Shown here in pieces: positions 9,406 through 18,354 of a stretch of 31,742 nt of DNA (position 1 is the stretch's first letter; each line of letters opens with the position of its first letter). Origin of the DNA: an uncultured archaeon (lineage in GTDB: Archaea; Asgardarchaeota; Lokiarchaeia; Sigyniarchaeales; SOKP01); assembly GCA_964508365.1 (NCBI GenBank), contig CAZDTP010000050.1:1-31742 (forward strand), given 5' to 3'. The translations under genes and the position numbers were made by a program. The notes beneath the pieces are model-generated. The model searched no databases, was not told the origin of the DNA, and was given only the letters and a program-made list of their open reading frames with translations.

Positions 9406-9897
9406 CTACCATCTCGTTTTAGAACCTAGTTTAATATCTAATACAGGTGTTCCATTTATCGCATCGAGGTTCTTGACGAATAAAGTAGCGTCTTTAATTT
9501 TAACTAATTTAACATTGGTAATACCAATGCGAGATAATCGATTAGGCGTTCGAGAAGCGAAAATACCTACTTTTTTACCATCTATCCCTCGAGGAAAGGT
9601 CGATCGAATCTTACCTTGCTTATGAAAATAATAAACAACAGTAATCCACTTATCCTCTTCTAATTTGTAAAGAAATGGTAGTTGAGATCCAAAAAGGTGG
9701 ATTTTTGAAACATCATTTCTGCTCCCTTTCAACCCAAATCCTTCCCCTCGTTCTAATAAATTTTCCACAAAACCGATTGGAAAGATCTTAAACGGCTTAT
9801 TATTCTGATATAAACAGGAATAGCATATGAATTTATCATCGAATTTATCAAGTTGGTCTAATCCTTTTTCCTTTTTACATTTCGTACAAACTGGCAT
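9406..9897 (-). CDS. TrmO/TsaA(YaeB)-like SAM-binding methyltransferase with an N-terminal CxxC...CxxC zinc finger
   Basis: GIFASRTPNR, IGITNV, LDAINGTPVLDIK; N-terminal CTKC...CYSC. Confidence 0.8.
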   Translation of the reverse strand: MPVCTKCKKEKGLDQLDKFDDKFICYSCLYQNNKPFKIFPIGFVENLLERGEGFGLKGSRNDVSKIHLFGSQLPFLYKLEEDKWITVVYYFHKQGKIRSTFPRGIDGKKVGIFASRTPNRLSRIGITNVKLVKIKDATLFVKNLDAINGTPVLDIKLGSKTRW

Positions 9898-9918
9898 AGC
9901 TACTAATTAGGTTATTGG

Positions 9919-10851
9919 TTAATTTATTAATTTCCAAAAGGTCTGGTTATTGTAAATTACTTTTTTAATCTTATTCTGCGATTCTAGAATATTCAATTGA
10001 AGCAATAAATCTTGCTCGTTAAACTTTTTTGAACTAAATGTTTCAAAAATTTGTTGCTGTCTCATTGGATGTCTTTCAAGTAAAGTCTTTAATTCCATTT
10101 CAAAATTAGAACTAAATACACTAAATACTCCTCGCTCAGGAAAATTAATATTATTATATTCTCCAAAAACATCGTTTAAAATTGGAATAACATTTTTATC
10201 AGGAATTTGCACCCAACCTTCAGTAGGAGGTCTTATTGGAACGTTAATGTCAATTCTATCGGGTTTAATTAAATCTAATTTATTTTTTATTTTTAATAGT
10301 TCTTCTTTAGAATCGTTAATTCCCTTCATTAACATTATTTCTATCCAGAATTTACCGTTAAATTCTTTCCTAAAATCAATGTATCCTTGAATCATTTTTT
10401 CATACTTTATGGAGGGATGAGGACGATTTATTTTAATGAATAATTTTTTATCTCCAGCATCTAAAGTAGGTAAAACTACATCAGAAACTATAATTTCATC
10501 CTTTACATCGTCATTATATAATAAACTACCATTAGTGATTACACAAATCGGTTTTTTAGATAATTCTTTTGCTTTTAAAATCAGTTCTCCTATACTTTTG
10601 CATAATGTAGGTTCGCCGCTACCTACAAATGTTATGTAATCAAATTTTTCTTTGTTTTGGGTAATACTTTCTTCCATTTCTTTATAAATTTCTTCTTTAA
10701 GGTAAAAATCTCTTCTCTCATTTGTAAAATTAGTCGTTTTTCCCAATTGACAATATATACACTGATAATTGCACGTTTTTGAAGGAATAGGGTCAATCCC
10801 TAAAGATCTCCCTAATCGTCTACTAGGAACAGGTCCATATACGTATTTCAT
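9919..10851 (-). CDS. Radical SAM protein (COG0731/Tyw1-related Fe-S oxidoreductase)
   Basis: YGPVPSRRLGRSLGID, CNYQCIYC, TFVGSGEPTL, ITNGSLL. Confidence 0.9.
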   Translation of the reverse strand: MKYVYGPVPSRRLGRSLGIDPIPSKTCNYQCIYCQLGKTTNFTNERRDFYLKEEIYKEMEESITQNKEKFDYITFVGSGEPTLCKSIGELILKAKELSKKPICVITNGSLLYNDDVKDEIIVSDVVLPTLDAGDKKLFIKINRPHPSIKYEKMIQGYIDFRKEFNGKFWIEIMLMKGINDSKEELLKIKNKLDLIKPDRIDINVPIRPPTEGWVQIPDKNVIPILNDVFGEYNNINFPERGVFSVFSSNFEMELKTLLERHPMRQQQIFETFSSKKFNEQDLLLQLNILESQNKIKKVIYNNQTFWKLIN

Positions 10852-10919
10852 TTTCTCTTTTTATAAAAAATCATAATGATGTAATCAGAATCCAGAATTA
10901 ATTGATTGCGTCTCATCAG

Positions 10920-11366
10920 TTATTTTAAATTCATTAATCCTTTATAATCCTCTATCGCTCTTTTTAATGTTCTATATGCTAATTCAGCACAATGTTTGTG
11001 ATTTTCGGGTAGACCATCTAACGCAGCGTCTATGTCTTCTGGTTTTAGTTTTTCAGCATCATTTACCGATTTATTCTCTATGAGAAGAGTCGTTTGGCAT
11101 CCTGTTGCTACTGAAGCTCCGCAACCGTCAGTAAGGAAATTGGCTTTTTCAATAATATTATCTTTTATTTTTAAAAAGAAAGACATTGTATCCCCACATG
11201 GGCCTTCGTAAGTTTTAGAAATAGTAATCTCATCCTCAGGGGGTTTACCCCAGTTTTTTGGATTGTGATATAATTTAACTATGCGTTCGTTATAATCTCT
11301 AATCTCCTCTTCATAAATAATCTTTTGAAGATTTTCTACGTATAAATCAAACTTATCTTTAGACAT
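10920..11366 (-). CDS. IscU/NifU-like Fe-S cluster scaffold
   Basis: Three scaffold cysteines in GPCGD, DGCGASVA, HCAELA. Confidence 0.9.
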   Translation of the reverse strand: MSKDKFDLYVENLQKIIYEEEIRDYNERIVKLYHNPKNWGKPPEDEITISKTYEGPCGDTMSFFLKIKDNIIEKANFLTDGCGASVATGCQTTLLIENKSVNDAEKLKPEDIDAALDGLPENHKHCAELAYRTLKRAIEDYKGLMNLK

Positions 11367-11445
11367 TTAAATTGAACTACTCTTATTAATTTTAATACAA
11401 TTATTATAAAAATTAATTGTTCAAATGTTTTTCGATTTAGTTCGA

Positions 11446-11859
11446 TTAATGCTGATGGCGGTGATGACTGTGATCGTTATTATCATCTGCGGCAGTATGG
11501 ATTTTTGCTACACCATATCCTTCACCGGCACCAGGAGAACAAATGTTTTCACCACCTTCTAATGTCCCATCTAAAACCTTAGCAATAACACCGTCAACAC
11601 TATCAACAATACCTCTAATAACTTCGATTCCGAATTGGTTAAAAAAACCAATTGCTCTATGACCTATTCCCCCGACGATCATACAGGTTGCACCTTGATC
11701 GTTAATAAAGTTTGGAATGCTCCCGACTTCGTGTCCGGGATTAGGTAACACTTTTTTTTCAACTACCTTGTTATTTTCAATTGAAACAAAAGTAAATTCT
11801 GGAGCTCGACCAAAGTGTTGAGAGACACTTCCCATTTCCGTACAGATAGCTATTTTCAA
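11446..11859 (-). CDS. NifB/NifX-family Mo-Fe cluster-binding protein with His-rich tail
   Basis: KIAI...VSQHFGRAPEF, IVGGIGHRA; C-terminal ENICS and DHSHHRHQH. Confidence 0.85.
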   Translation of the reverse strand: MKIAICTEMGSVSQHFGRAPEFTFVSIENNKVVEKKVLPNPGHEVGSIPNFINDQGATCMIVGGIGHRAIGFFNQFGIEVIRGIVDSVDGVIAKVLDGTLEGGENICSPGAGEGYGVAKIHTAADDNNDHSHHRHQH

Positions 11860-11893
11860 CTTTTACATCACTTTTTTTATTTAATTACTTTTA

Positions 11894-11907
11894 AGAATAA
11901 TCATTCA
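11894..11907. promoter_or_regulatory. Palindromic operator AGAATAATCATTCA
   Basis: Identical 14-mer at 21330; lies just downstream of a minus-strand TATA-like TTTATATG (11911-11918) and 35 bp before the NifX start. Confidence 0.7.
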
Positions 11908-11976
11908 AAACATATAAAATTTCCTAGGAAACTAGGCTAGATGACACTGTAATCGCAAAAAAAAGGAAAAAAATTA

Positions 11977-12762
11977 TTAAAATTTGGTTTTTTTTTGGAA
12001 TATAATGATACCAAGAATTATAAAAGCGAGGGTAAATGCAATTATAACTAAAAGTCCACCAAATAATGAAATTGGAAGTTGTTGAGCAGTTCCAGTCGGT
12101 CCAATTAGGGAACTGCTATATAAAGGATCAAACAATCCATCTCCTAGTACAGTTATTTGAAGAAATACCTGCTTAGCCCAGTAAGGAGGAGTGAAAAATA
12201 CCATAACACTTTCAAATGGCCATAAGCTCCCTGAAAGAAATAAAATGGGCAGGTAATAGAATAATGAGATTGCGTTCGCAACTTCTGGAGTTTTTGCTAT
12301 TGCTGAAATAATAATACCAATTCCAACAGATGAAATACCAAATAAAACTGCAATGAAAAATCCGATAAATAATTCAAAAATGCCTTTAAATGGGACTTGT
12401 AGCACAGCATATCCAAGGATGAACATGATGAGAATCTGAAGAGAAATCATGAGAGTTTCAGATAAAAGAGCTCCTAAAAATAGATTTTTTCTTCCTGTGG
12501 GCATTGTATCCAACCGTTCAAGCATACCTGATGTTTTATCTACAGCAAATGATATTGCTGCACTTGTGGTACTTGCTGCTGTTATATATATTATCATTCC
12601 TGGAAAGCTATATTGGAATGTCTCACGACCAAGAAAAGAGTAAAACAGTAATGTAAACATAAACGCAAAGCCTAGAGAAAAAACTAAATACTGCCAATGG
12701 CGCGTCTTATCTTTAACATTTTTGTTTGCTATTTGGATAACTTTATTCTCTAACAAGTTCAT
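11977..12762 (-). CDS. ABC-2 type exporter permease
   Basis: About six hydrophobic segments; DKTSGMLERLDTMP motif; coupled to an upstream ATPase. Confidence 0.88.
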   Translation of the reverse strand: MNLLENKVIQIANKNVKDKTRHWQYLVFSLGFAFMFTLLFYSFLGRETFQYSFPGMIIYITAASTTSAAISFAVDKTSGMLERLDTMPTGRKNLFLGALLSETLMISLQILIMFILGYAVLQVPFKGIFELFIGFFIAVLFGISSVGIGIIISAIAKTPEVANAISLFYYLPILFLSGSLWPFESVMVFFTPPYWAKQVFLQITVLGDGLFDPLYSSSLIGPTGTAQQLPISLFGGLLVIIAFTLAFIILGIIIFQKKTKF

Positions 12763-12763
12763 T

Positions 12764-13735
12764 CTAATCTCTCAACCTCCTTCCTGTTAAATTAAGAAAT
12801 ACATCCTCAAGTGAGTTTTGCCTAAACTTCATATTTTCAACCTCATCAATGTTGTCTATAAGCCCTTGTTGTAATAGTTTCATAAGGTTTTTTAAACCAC
12901 CCTGAAAAGAAATTAATAAGGTATTTCTTTCTTTCCTGCTACTTTCATTCCAATTTACAACAAATGGAATGTTTTTTATATTGTCTCTTACTATCTCAAG
13001 GTCTTCTTGTTCGATGAATGAGACTTCTAACGCGTTATCACTTCCATATTTCTCCTTTAATTCGGTGGGAGTTCCTTCAGCAATTATCTTTCCTTGGTCA
13101 ATAAATGCAATCCGATCACTCAAAGAATCAGCCTCAACCATATCGTGTGTCATAAGAATTATTGTAATATCCTTATTTTTCAAATCTCGAATATAGTCCC
13201 ACACAAGACGTCTTGCTTGAGGATCAAGACCTGCCGTAGGTTCATCAAGAAACAATATTTTCGGTTCAAATACCAAAGACATTGCGAGATTTAAACGTCG
13301 TTGCATACCACCTGAAAAATGTTTAGACCAGTCTTTTCTTCCTGCTATACCAAAGTCTTCTAAGATTTTTCTTGTTTTCTCTTTCGCTTCTTTACGAGTC
13401 ATTCCATGCATAATTGCTATAAACTCAACATTCTCCTCAGCCTTTAGAACTTCATAAATTGTGATAACCTGTGGACACACTCCTATTTTCTTAACAATCT
13501 CTTTTTTCCCAGTTAAGATACTATATCCATAAACATTTGCATCACCTGCAGTTGGAGTTAAAACAGTGGTTAACATGCGTACTAATGTAGTTTTTCCCGC
13601 ACCATTAGGACCAAGAATACTAAATAATTCTCCCTTTCTTATCTTTAAGGATACTCCATCGACTGCTTTAACTTCTTTAAAATGTTTTTTAATATCTTTA
13701 ATTTCAATTGCGATAAATTCTTTACTTACGCTCAT
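12764..13735 (-). CDS. ABC exporter ATP-binding protein (DrrA-like)
   Basis: GPNGAGKTT, FSGGMQRR, LFLDEPTAGLD, MTHDM, SLEDVFLNLTG. Confidence 0.95.
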   Translation of the reverse strand: MSVSKEFIAIEIKDIKKHFKEVKAVDGVSLKIRKGELFSILGPNGAGKTTLVRMLTTVLTPTAGDANVYGYSILTGKKEIVKKIGVCPQVITIYEVLKAEENVEFIAIMHGMTRKEAKEKTRKILEDFGIAGRKDWSKHFSGGMQRRLNLAMSLVFEPKILFLDEPTAGLDPQARRLVWDYIRDLKNKDITIILMTHDMVEADSLSDRIAFIDQGKIIAEGTPTELKEKYGSDNALEVSFIEQEDLEIVRDNIKNIPFVVNWNESSRKERNTLLISFQGGLKNLMKLLQQGLIDNIDEVENMKFRQNSLEDVFLNLTGRRLRD

Positions 13736-13992
13736 TTTTTCATAATCACATTAATTTTTCGTTTTTCATTTTTATTATGAATAATTACTTTATTGTAAAA
13801 AAGAATATATCAGAAGAGGGGTCCAAATTTTGATTTTTTCAAAATCTGTAAACCAATTTATTTAATTTATTACTAGGAATCTTGATTTATTAATACTAAA
13901 GTGGAAAAAGTTTTAGTAAAAATTTATTTACTAAGTTTAAATTGAAAATAATTAACTATTTTTCAATCCGGACTTCATTATGTATATAGATA

Positions 13993-14484
13993 CTAATAAT
14001 TTTTACGGAGGTTCCAAATTATTATCTCATTTATCGTTGAGATAATTGTAATAACAATACTAATATACAAAGCAGTGAAAAGACCAAGATTCGCAACTAA
14101 TATAAAAGGAACAATAGTTGATGCACTTATCCAGCAAAAAACAGTTATATAATAAGCATATAAGAATCTTCTTTTATACCTTGAAATCCTAACCGACTCA
14201 TCAGTTTTACTTAGTAAATTAAAAGCAGCTCCTCCAATCCCCGAAAGTTCGTATTTATTTCCTTTTTGTCTCAGTAATAGTTCTAAACTTTTAAGATGAT
14301 AAGAAAGAGTTGGACTATCAATAGGTTCTATTTTATTTTTAATCTCTGTGAATGATAATTGTTTTTCCCCCAGAAACTTTACAATATCTCTTCTGACCTG
14401 ATGATTTAAAGATTTAAAAATTTCATCTTCATTAGGAATAGATTTTTTCTTCTTTTTTTCCTCTATATCTCTATTATTAAGCAT
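13993..14484 (-). CDS. ArsR-like winged-HTH regulator with two C-terminal transmembrane helices
   Basis: IFKSLNHQVRRDIVKFL, LSFTEI, SPTLSYHLKSL; hydrophobic C-terminus. Confidence 0.8.
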   Translation of the reverse strand: MLNNRDIEEKKKKKSIPNEDEIFKSLNHQVRRDIVKFLGEKQLSFTEIKNKIEPIDSPTLSYHLKSLELLLRQKGNKYELSGIGGAAFNLLSKTDESVRISRYKRRFLYAYYITVFCWISASTIVPFILVANLGLFTALYISIVITIISTINEIIIWNLRKNY

Positions 14485-14652
14485 ATTTGCATCAATAAAT
14501 TCCTTTTTTCTGATATATAAGATTAATCAATTTTGAATAAAAAAGTTTACATAGAATCTTAGATGTAAGCAGACATCCTTGCGAAGGATCAGGATTTAAG
14601 CTTTCACCGAGAATAACGATTATAACGAATGTTTAATGAATGATTTTTTTAG

Positions 14653-14741
14653 TGAATGATTATTCATAATGCTTAAATATTGTGTTTGATATATGATACA
14701 TAGGATGTAATGAATGATTATTGAATAATAATAATTATTCA
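14653..14741. promoter_or_regulatory. Three copies of the palindromic operator upstream of DUF5320
   Basis: TGAATGATTATTCA (14653-14666), TGAATGATTATTGA (14711-14724), ATAATAATTATTCA (14728-14741); TATA-like TTAAATA at 14673. Confidence 0.7.
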
Positions 14742-14795
14742 AAATCTAAATTTCATAAAAAAACACACAAAATATAAGGAGATGAAAATAAAATA

Positions 14796-15173
14796 ATGCC
14801 AGGTGGAGATAGAACTGGCCCTAGAGGTCTTGGAGCAAGAACTGGAAGAGGTTTAGGATATTGTGCAGGATATGATGCTCCAGGATATGCTTACGGTCCA
14901 GGATATGGTTATGGAAGAGGTGGGGGTCGAGGGATGGCGTGGGGTTACGGACGAGGAAGAGGATATGGGCGAGGATGGGCTTATAGAGAGCCTTATTATC
15001 CTCCAATTATGCCTACTGCCCCGGTTTATGCTTCAAGAATCCCTTTAGAGCCAGTAGATAAATTAACAATGCTAAAACAGGAAAAAACTTACTTAGAATC
15101 TGAGTTTAAAGGGATCAGTAATGCTCTTGAAGACATAGCCAAAAGCATTGAAGAATTAGAAAAAAAAGAATAA
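14796..15173 (+). CDS. DUF5320-family protein
   Basis: MPGGDRTGPRGLGARTGRGLGYCAG signature; G/Y/R-rich middle; C-terminal coiled coil. Confidence 0.85.
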   Translation: MPGGDRTGPRGLGARTGRGLGYCAGYDAPGYAYGPGYGYGRGGGRGMAWGYGRGRGYGRGWAYREPYYPPIMPTAPVYASRIPLEPVDKLTMLKQEKTYLESEFKGISNALEDIAKSIEELEKKE

Positions 15174-15223
15174 TTTTTTTTTCATTTTTTAAAAATTAAC
15201 AAATAAGAAGTCCAGAATATTTA

Positions 15224-15631
15224 ATGTTGAGTACGATGCCGCAAATTAATAATACCCACGAAGATTATCTTAAAGCAATTTATATGATATCTAGGAAAAA
15301 CAGGGGCGGATGGGTCTCAAATTCAGAAATTTCTAACATTCTTAAAGTTAAGCCCGCATCAGTGTCAAATATGTTATATAGACTAAAAGAGAATAATTAC
15401 ATAAATTGGTATCCAAGGAAATCAGTAAGACTAACTGCGAAAGGCAAAAGAATCGCGTTAACAACTATTAATAAGTTTAACCAATTGAAGCATTTCTTTG
15501 AAGATGTTTTAGGCGTGGATAATACATATGAACTCGACGAACTTTGCTGCAAAATAGAGCATACTATAACGCCAGAAATATCAGATGCTATAGAACACCT
15601 TTCTCTTAAAGTAATTCAAGAAAATATTTAA
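15224..15631 (+). CDS. DtxR/MntR-family metal-dependent regulator (no FeoA domain)
   Basis: HEDYLKAIY, VKPASVSNMLYRL, VRLTAKG, CCKIEH; true start may be ATG 15236. Confidence 0.88.
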   Translation: MLSTMPQINNTHEDYLKAIYMISRKNRGGWVSNSEISNILKVKPASVSNMLYRLKENNYINWYPRKSVRLTAKGKRIALTTINKFNQLKHFFEDVLGVDNTYELDELCCKIEHTITPEISDAIEHLSLKVIQENI

Positions 15632-15676
15632 AAAATAAACTCAAAATTTAAATTTTTTACTATTCATTTAGAAATC

Positions 15677-15829
15677 ATGTCAGATGTTAATTTAAAAGTA
15701 AACGATGAAAAAGTTCCTTTAAACGATTTTATGGAAGAAATGTTGAAGAATTTGATGTTGGCATATTTAAAAGCAGCAAAAGGCATCCCTGAAGACATAA
15801 AATCGATTAATATTGAAATAGAGCTTTAA
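15677..15829 (+). CDS. 50-aa protein resembling the C-terminal domain of archaeal MobB
   Basis: Manual translation MSDVNLKVNDEKVPLNDFMEEMLKNLMLAYLKAAKGIPEDIKSINIEIEL; below the ORF-track cutoff; followed by a T-rich tract. Confidence 0.7.
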   Translation: MSDVNLKVNDEKVPLNDFMEEMLKNLMLAYLKAAKGIPEDIKSINIEIEL

Positions 15830-15916
15830 TTCTTTTTTCTTTATTATCAAAATTCAGAATCTAAAATACCGTAATCAAGAATATCTTTAGTTGAAACTAT
15901 CTTTCTCATAGATTTT

Positions 15917-15933
15917 AAAAAAAAAAAAAAAAA
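15917..15933 (-). terminator. Oligo-T (T17 on minus strand) terminator of the MFS gene
   Basis: A17 run on + strand 12 bp past the stop codon at 15945. Confidence 0.55.
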
Positions 15934-15944
15934 GGATAGAATTA

Positions 15945-17282
15945 TTATAATTCTTGGATGGTTTTTTGCCTTGCTAATTTTTCTTCTTCCGTAAGTTCAA
16001 TTTCGCCTCTTTTTACGAACATCATCATAACAAATGCTAAGATGAAGAATATGGAACCATTAAGAAGTAAGAATGGTATTCCTAATAAATCAGTAAGACC
16101 GCCTACGAACATCGGACCTAATATAGCAGCAAAGTAACTGAAAAAGTAATACAGTCCTGTATATGTCCCAATTTTTTTTTCACTAGGAGCTAATTCCCAT
16201 ACAATCACGATAGAATTGGTGTTAATCATTGCCCATCCGATTCCAAGTAAGGCAAGTGGAATTGCCATTATGGCTAATGCAACTTTGGCGAGCCCCATGA
16301 AGAATCCTATTATCAACATAACCGTCCAAATTATAACTCCTATTTTAATTGTTTTTCTTCTCCCAATTTTAGCAGGAAGTAACGATAGAGGATATATTGA
16401 TATCAAAAGAGGAATAGTAACTATAAAAGGTAAGAATCCCGCAAGACCTGGGCTGTAACCTAACACCTGCACTCCATAAATTGAAATAAGCGCAACAATT
16501 CCCTGATATCCGATGAACCAAAAGAAGATCGCTAATAACATAAAAATGGTGCTCTTATCTTCCTCAGAGGCTATGTCCTTAATACTCTCGATCAACCCAG
16601 GAGTAGTCTTTTCTTTTTTGACTTTTTCTCCTTCCTTTCCCTCCATTTCTAGAATTAACTGATAACTGTATGAATCTTTTTCTTTAATTCGCCATAATAG
16701 TACCACTAAAGCAACTACCATTATTACTGAAATAATAAGAAATAATAGTTGTAGTCCAACGGTATCAACTAAGATACTGAACCCATATCCGATTGCAACT
16801 CCAAAGCCCCCCATAAGATTTATTATTGCGTTTCCTTTACTTCTATTGACTGGTCTTACGAAATCTGGCATCAATGAAACAGCTTGTGCCCTATAAAAAC
16901 CCATACTTAATCCAAAACAGAACATATAGATTATTAGCATTATTATCGAAGTTTGTGTTGGAATTAAAGAGAAAAATAGCGCGCCTAAAGGAACTCCAAT
17001 AATCAAATATGGTATTCTTCTTCCGAATTTAGTACGTGTGTTATCGGAGATTGAACCCATAATTGGTTGAATTATTACTCCAATAATGTTATCTAGTGCC
17101 ATCAGTAACCCAACGAGAAATAAGGAGGTTAAATACCCAGTCATTTTAATGGGATCATATATTAATAATAAAGGAACTTGTGCGTTATATAGTGCCCAGG
17201 CAATTTCAGAAGAAAAAAAAGCTAATCCAATTGTAAAAGTCTGTCCAACTCTAAATTTTGATGTTTCTGACATTTTTATCAC
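15945..17282 (-). CDS. MFS transporter (SLC45/maltose-sucrose-like)
   Basis: About 12 TMs; QPIMGSISDNTRTKFGRRIPY, LMPDFV, GTYTGLYY; ATG at 17273 is a likely start. Confidence 0.9.
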   Translation of the reverse strand: MIKMSETSKFRVGQTFTIGLAFFSSEIAWALYNAQVPLLLIYDPIKMTGYLTSLFLVGLLMALDNIIGVIIQPIMGSISDNTRTKFGRRIPYLIIGVPLGALFFSLIPTQTSIIMLIIYMFCFGLSMGFYRAQAVSLMPDFVRPVNRSKGNAIINLMGGFGVAIGYGFSILVDTVGLQLLFLIISVIMVVALVVLLWRIKEKDSYSYQLILEMEGKEGEKVKKEKTTPGLIESIKDIASEEDKSTIFMLLAIFFWFIGYQGIVALISIYGVQVLGYSPGLAGFLPFIVTIPLLISIYPLSLLPAKIGRRKTIKIGVIIWTVMLIIGFFMGLAKVALAIMAIPLALLGIGWAMINTNSIVIVWELAPSEKKIGTYTGLYYFFSYFAAILGPMFVGGLTDLLGIPFLLLNGSIFFILAFVMMMFVKRGEIELTEEEKLARQKTIQEL

Positions 17283-17423
17283 ATTTTTATTTTAAAGTAG
17301 ATTTTTAAGATAATATACAATAATTTTCTTTTGTTATATAAAATTCTTTTTTTTTATATAATTAAAAGGATTTATAATTTTTCTTAATTTTTTCTTATAA
17401 TAAGACTAAAAGGATATATAGAA

Positions 17424-18308
17424 ATGCACATAGAACCCGAATGTATACCGTGTCTTTTTAATCAAGTGTTAAGAGCCTTTCGATTGTTGAAACCTGATAT
17501 ATCCCGTAAAATCGTATTAGATACTCAGAAGAAGTTAATGGAATATCTTATAAATTTTGATATAGAAAAAAAAGCATCTCCGATAATCGGTAAAGTAGCA
17601 TATAATCTTGTTGCTGAAGCTTTAGGTGTAAAGGATCCTTACGCTTCAATAAAGAAACAATACAATCAATTAGCTTTACAATTCTACGATGAGGCTAGAA
17701 AAATCGTTAATAGCGCTAAAGATCCTTTATTTAAGGCAATTATAGTTGCTGCTCTTGGGAATACAATAGATTTAGGCACCAATCATAAAATTGACTTCAT
17801 AAACGATATTAAAAACTTTACGCCAGACAATTTAGCAATAAACGACTACGAAACATTTAAACAATCACTTCTGGATACTGACCACTTACTTATTTTATTA
17901 GATAATGCAGGGGAGATTGTATTTGATAAGTTATTGGTAGAAACTATGCTAAAGATTTTTCCAGAGTTAGAAATTACGTGTTCGGTTAGATCAGCCCCAA
18001 TTATCAACGACGCAACCATAGAAGATGCGAAATTCGTTGGTTTAACTGATCTAGTTCAGGTTATAGAAGCAAGTGACACGCCGGGTATTGACATTCCAAC
18101 AACCACAGATGAGTTCAAGAAGCACTTTTTTCTAAAGGATGGCGTGATTTTATCAAAAGGTCAAGGTAATTTCGAAAGCTTATACGGTATGGAAATTCCA
18201 GATAAAGAAGTCTATTATTTACTAAAAGCAAAATGTTCATTAATGGAAAGACTGTTTTCCGTTAAAGAAGGAAACATAATTTTTAAGAGAAAAACTGAGA
18301 ATTTTTAA
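17424..18308 (+). CDS. DUF89/ARMT1-like metal-dependent phosphatase
   Basis: ECIPCL, GNTID, LDNAGEIVFD, PIINDAT, SKGQGNFESL. Confidence 0.9.
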   Translation: MHIEPECIPCLFNQVLRAFRLLKPDISRKIVLDTQKKLMEYLINFDIEKKASPIIGKVAYNLVAEALGVKDPYASIKKQYNQLALQFYDEARKIVNSAKDPLFKAIIVAALGNTIDLGTNHKIDFINDIKNFTPDNLAINDYETFKQSLLDTDHLLILLDNAGEIVFDKLLVETMLKIFPELEITCSVRSAPIINDATIEDAKFVGLTDLVQVIEASDTPGIDIPTTTDEFKKHFFLKDGVILSKGQGNFESLYGMEIPDKEVYYLLKAKCSLMERLFSVKEGNIIFKRKTENF

Positions 18309-18354
18309 AGTTGTATAAAGAGAAAAAGGTTGCAAATCAGGATTTAGCTTAGTT

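Noticed and set aside
9919-10851. Radical SAM protein as the activase of the glycyl radical enzyme
   Set aside because: It has the COG0731 YGPVPSRRLGRSLG signature and lacks the GRE-activase GCxLRCxWCxNPE motif; it also belongs to a different operon.
11920-11931. TTTCCTAGGAAA palindrome as a DtxR box
   Set aside because: Occurs once and matches the DtxR TTAGG-type consensus poorly.
14630-14745. Repeated GAATGATT units as a CRISPR array or mini-repeat
   Set aside because: Units are short, irregularly spaced and palindromic; operator sites explain them better and no cas genes are present.
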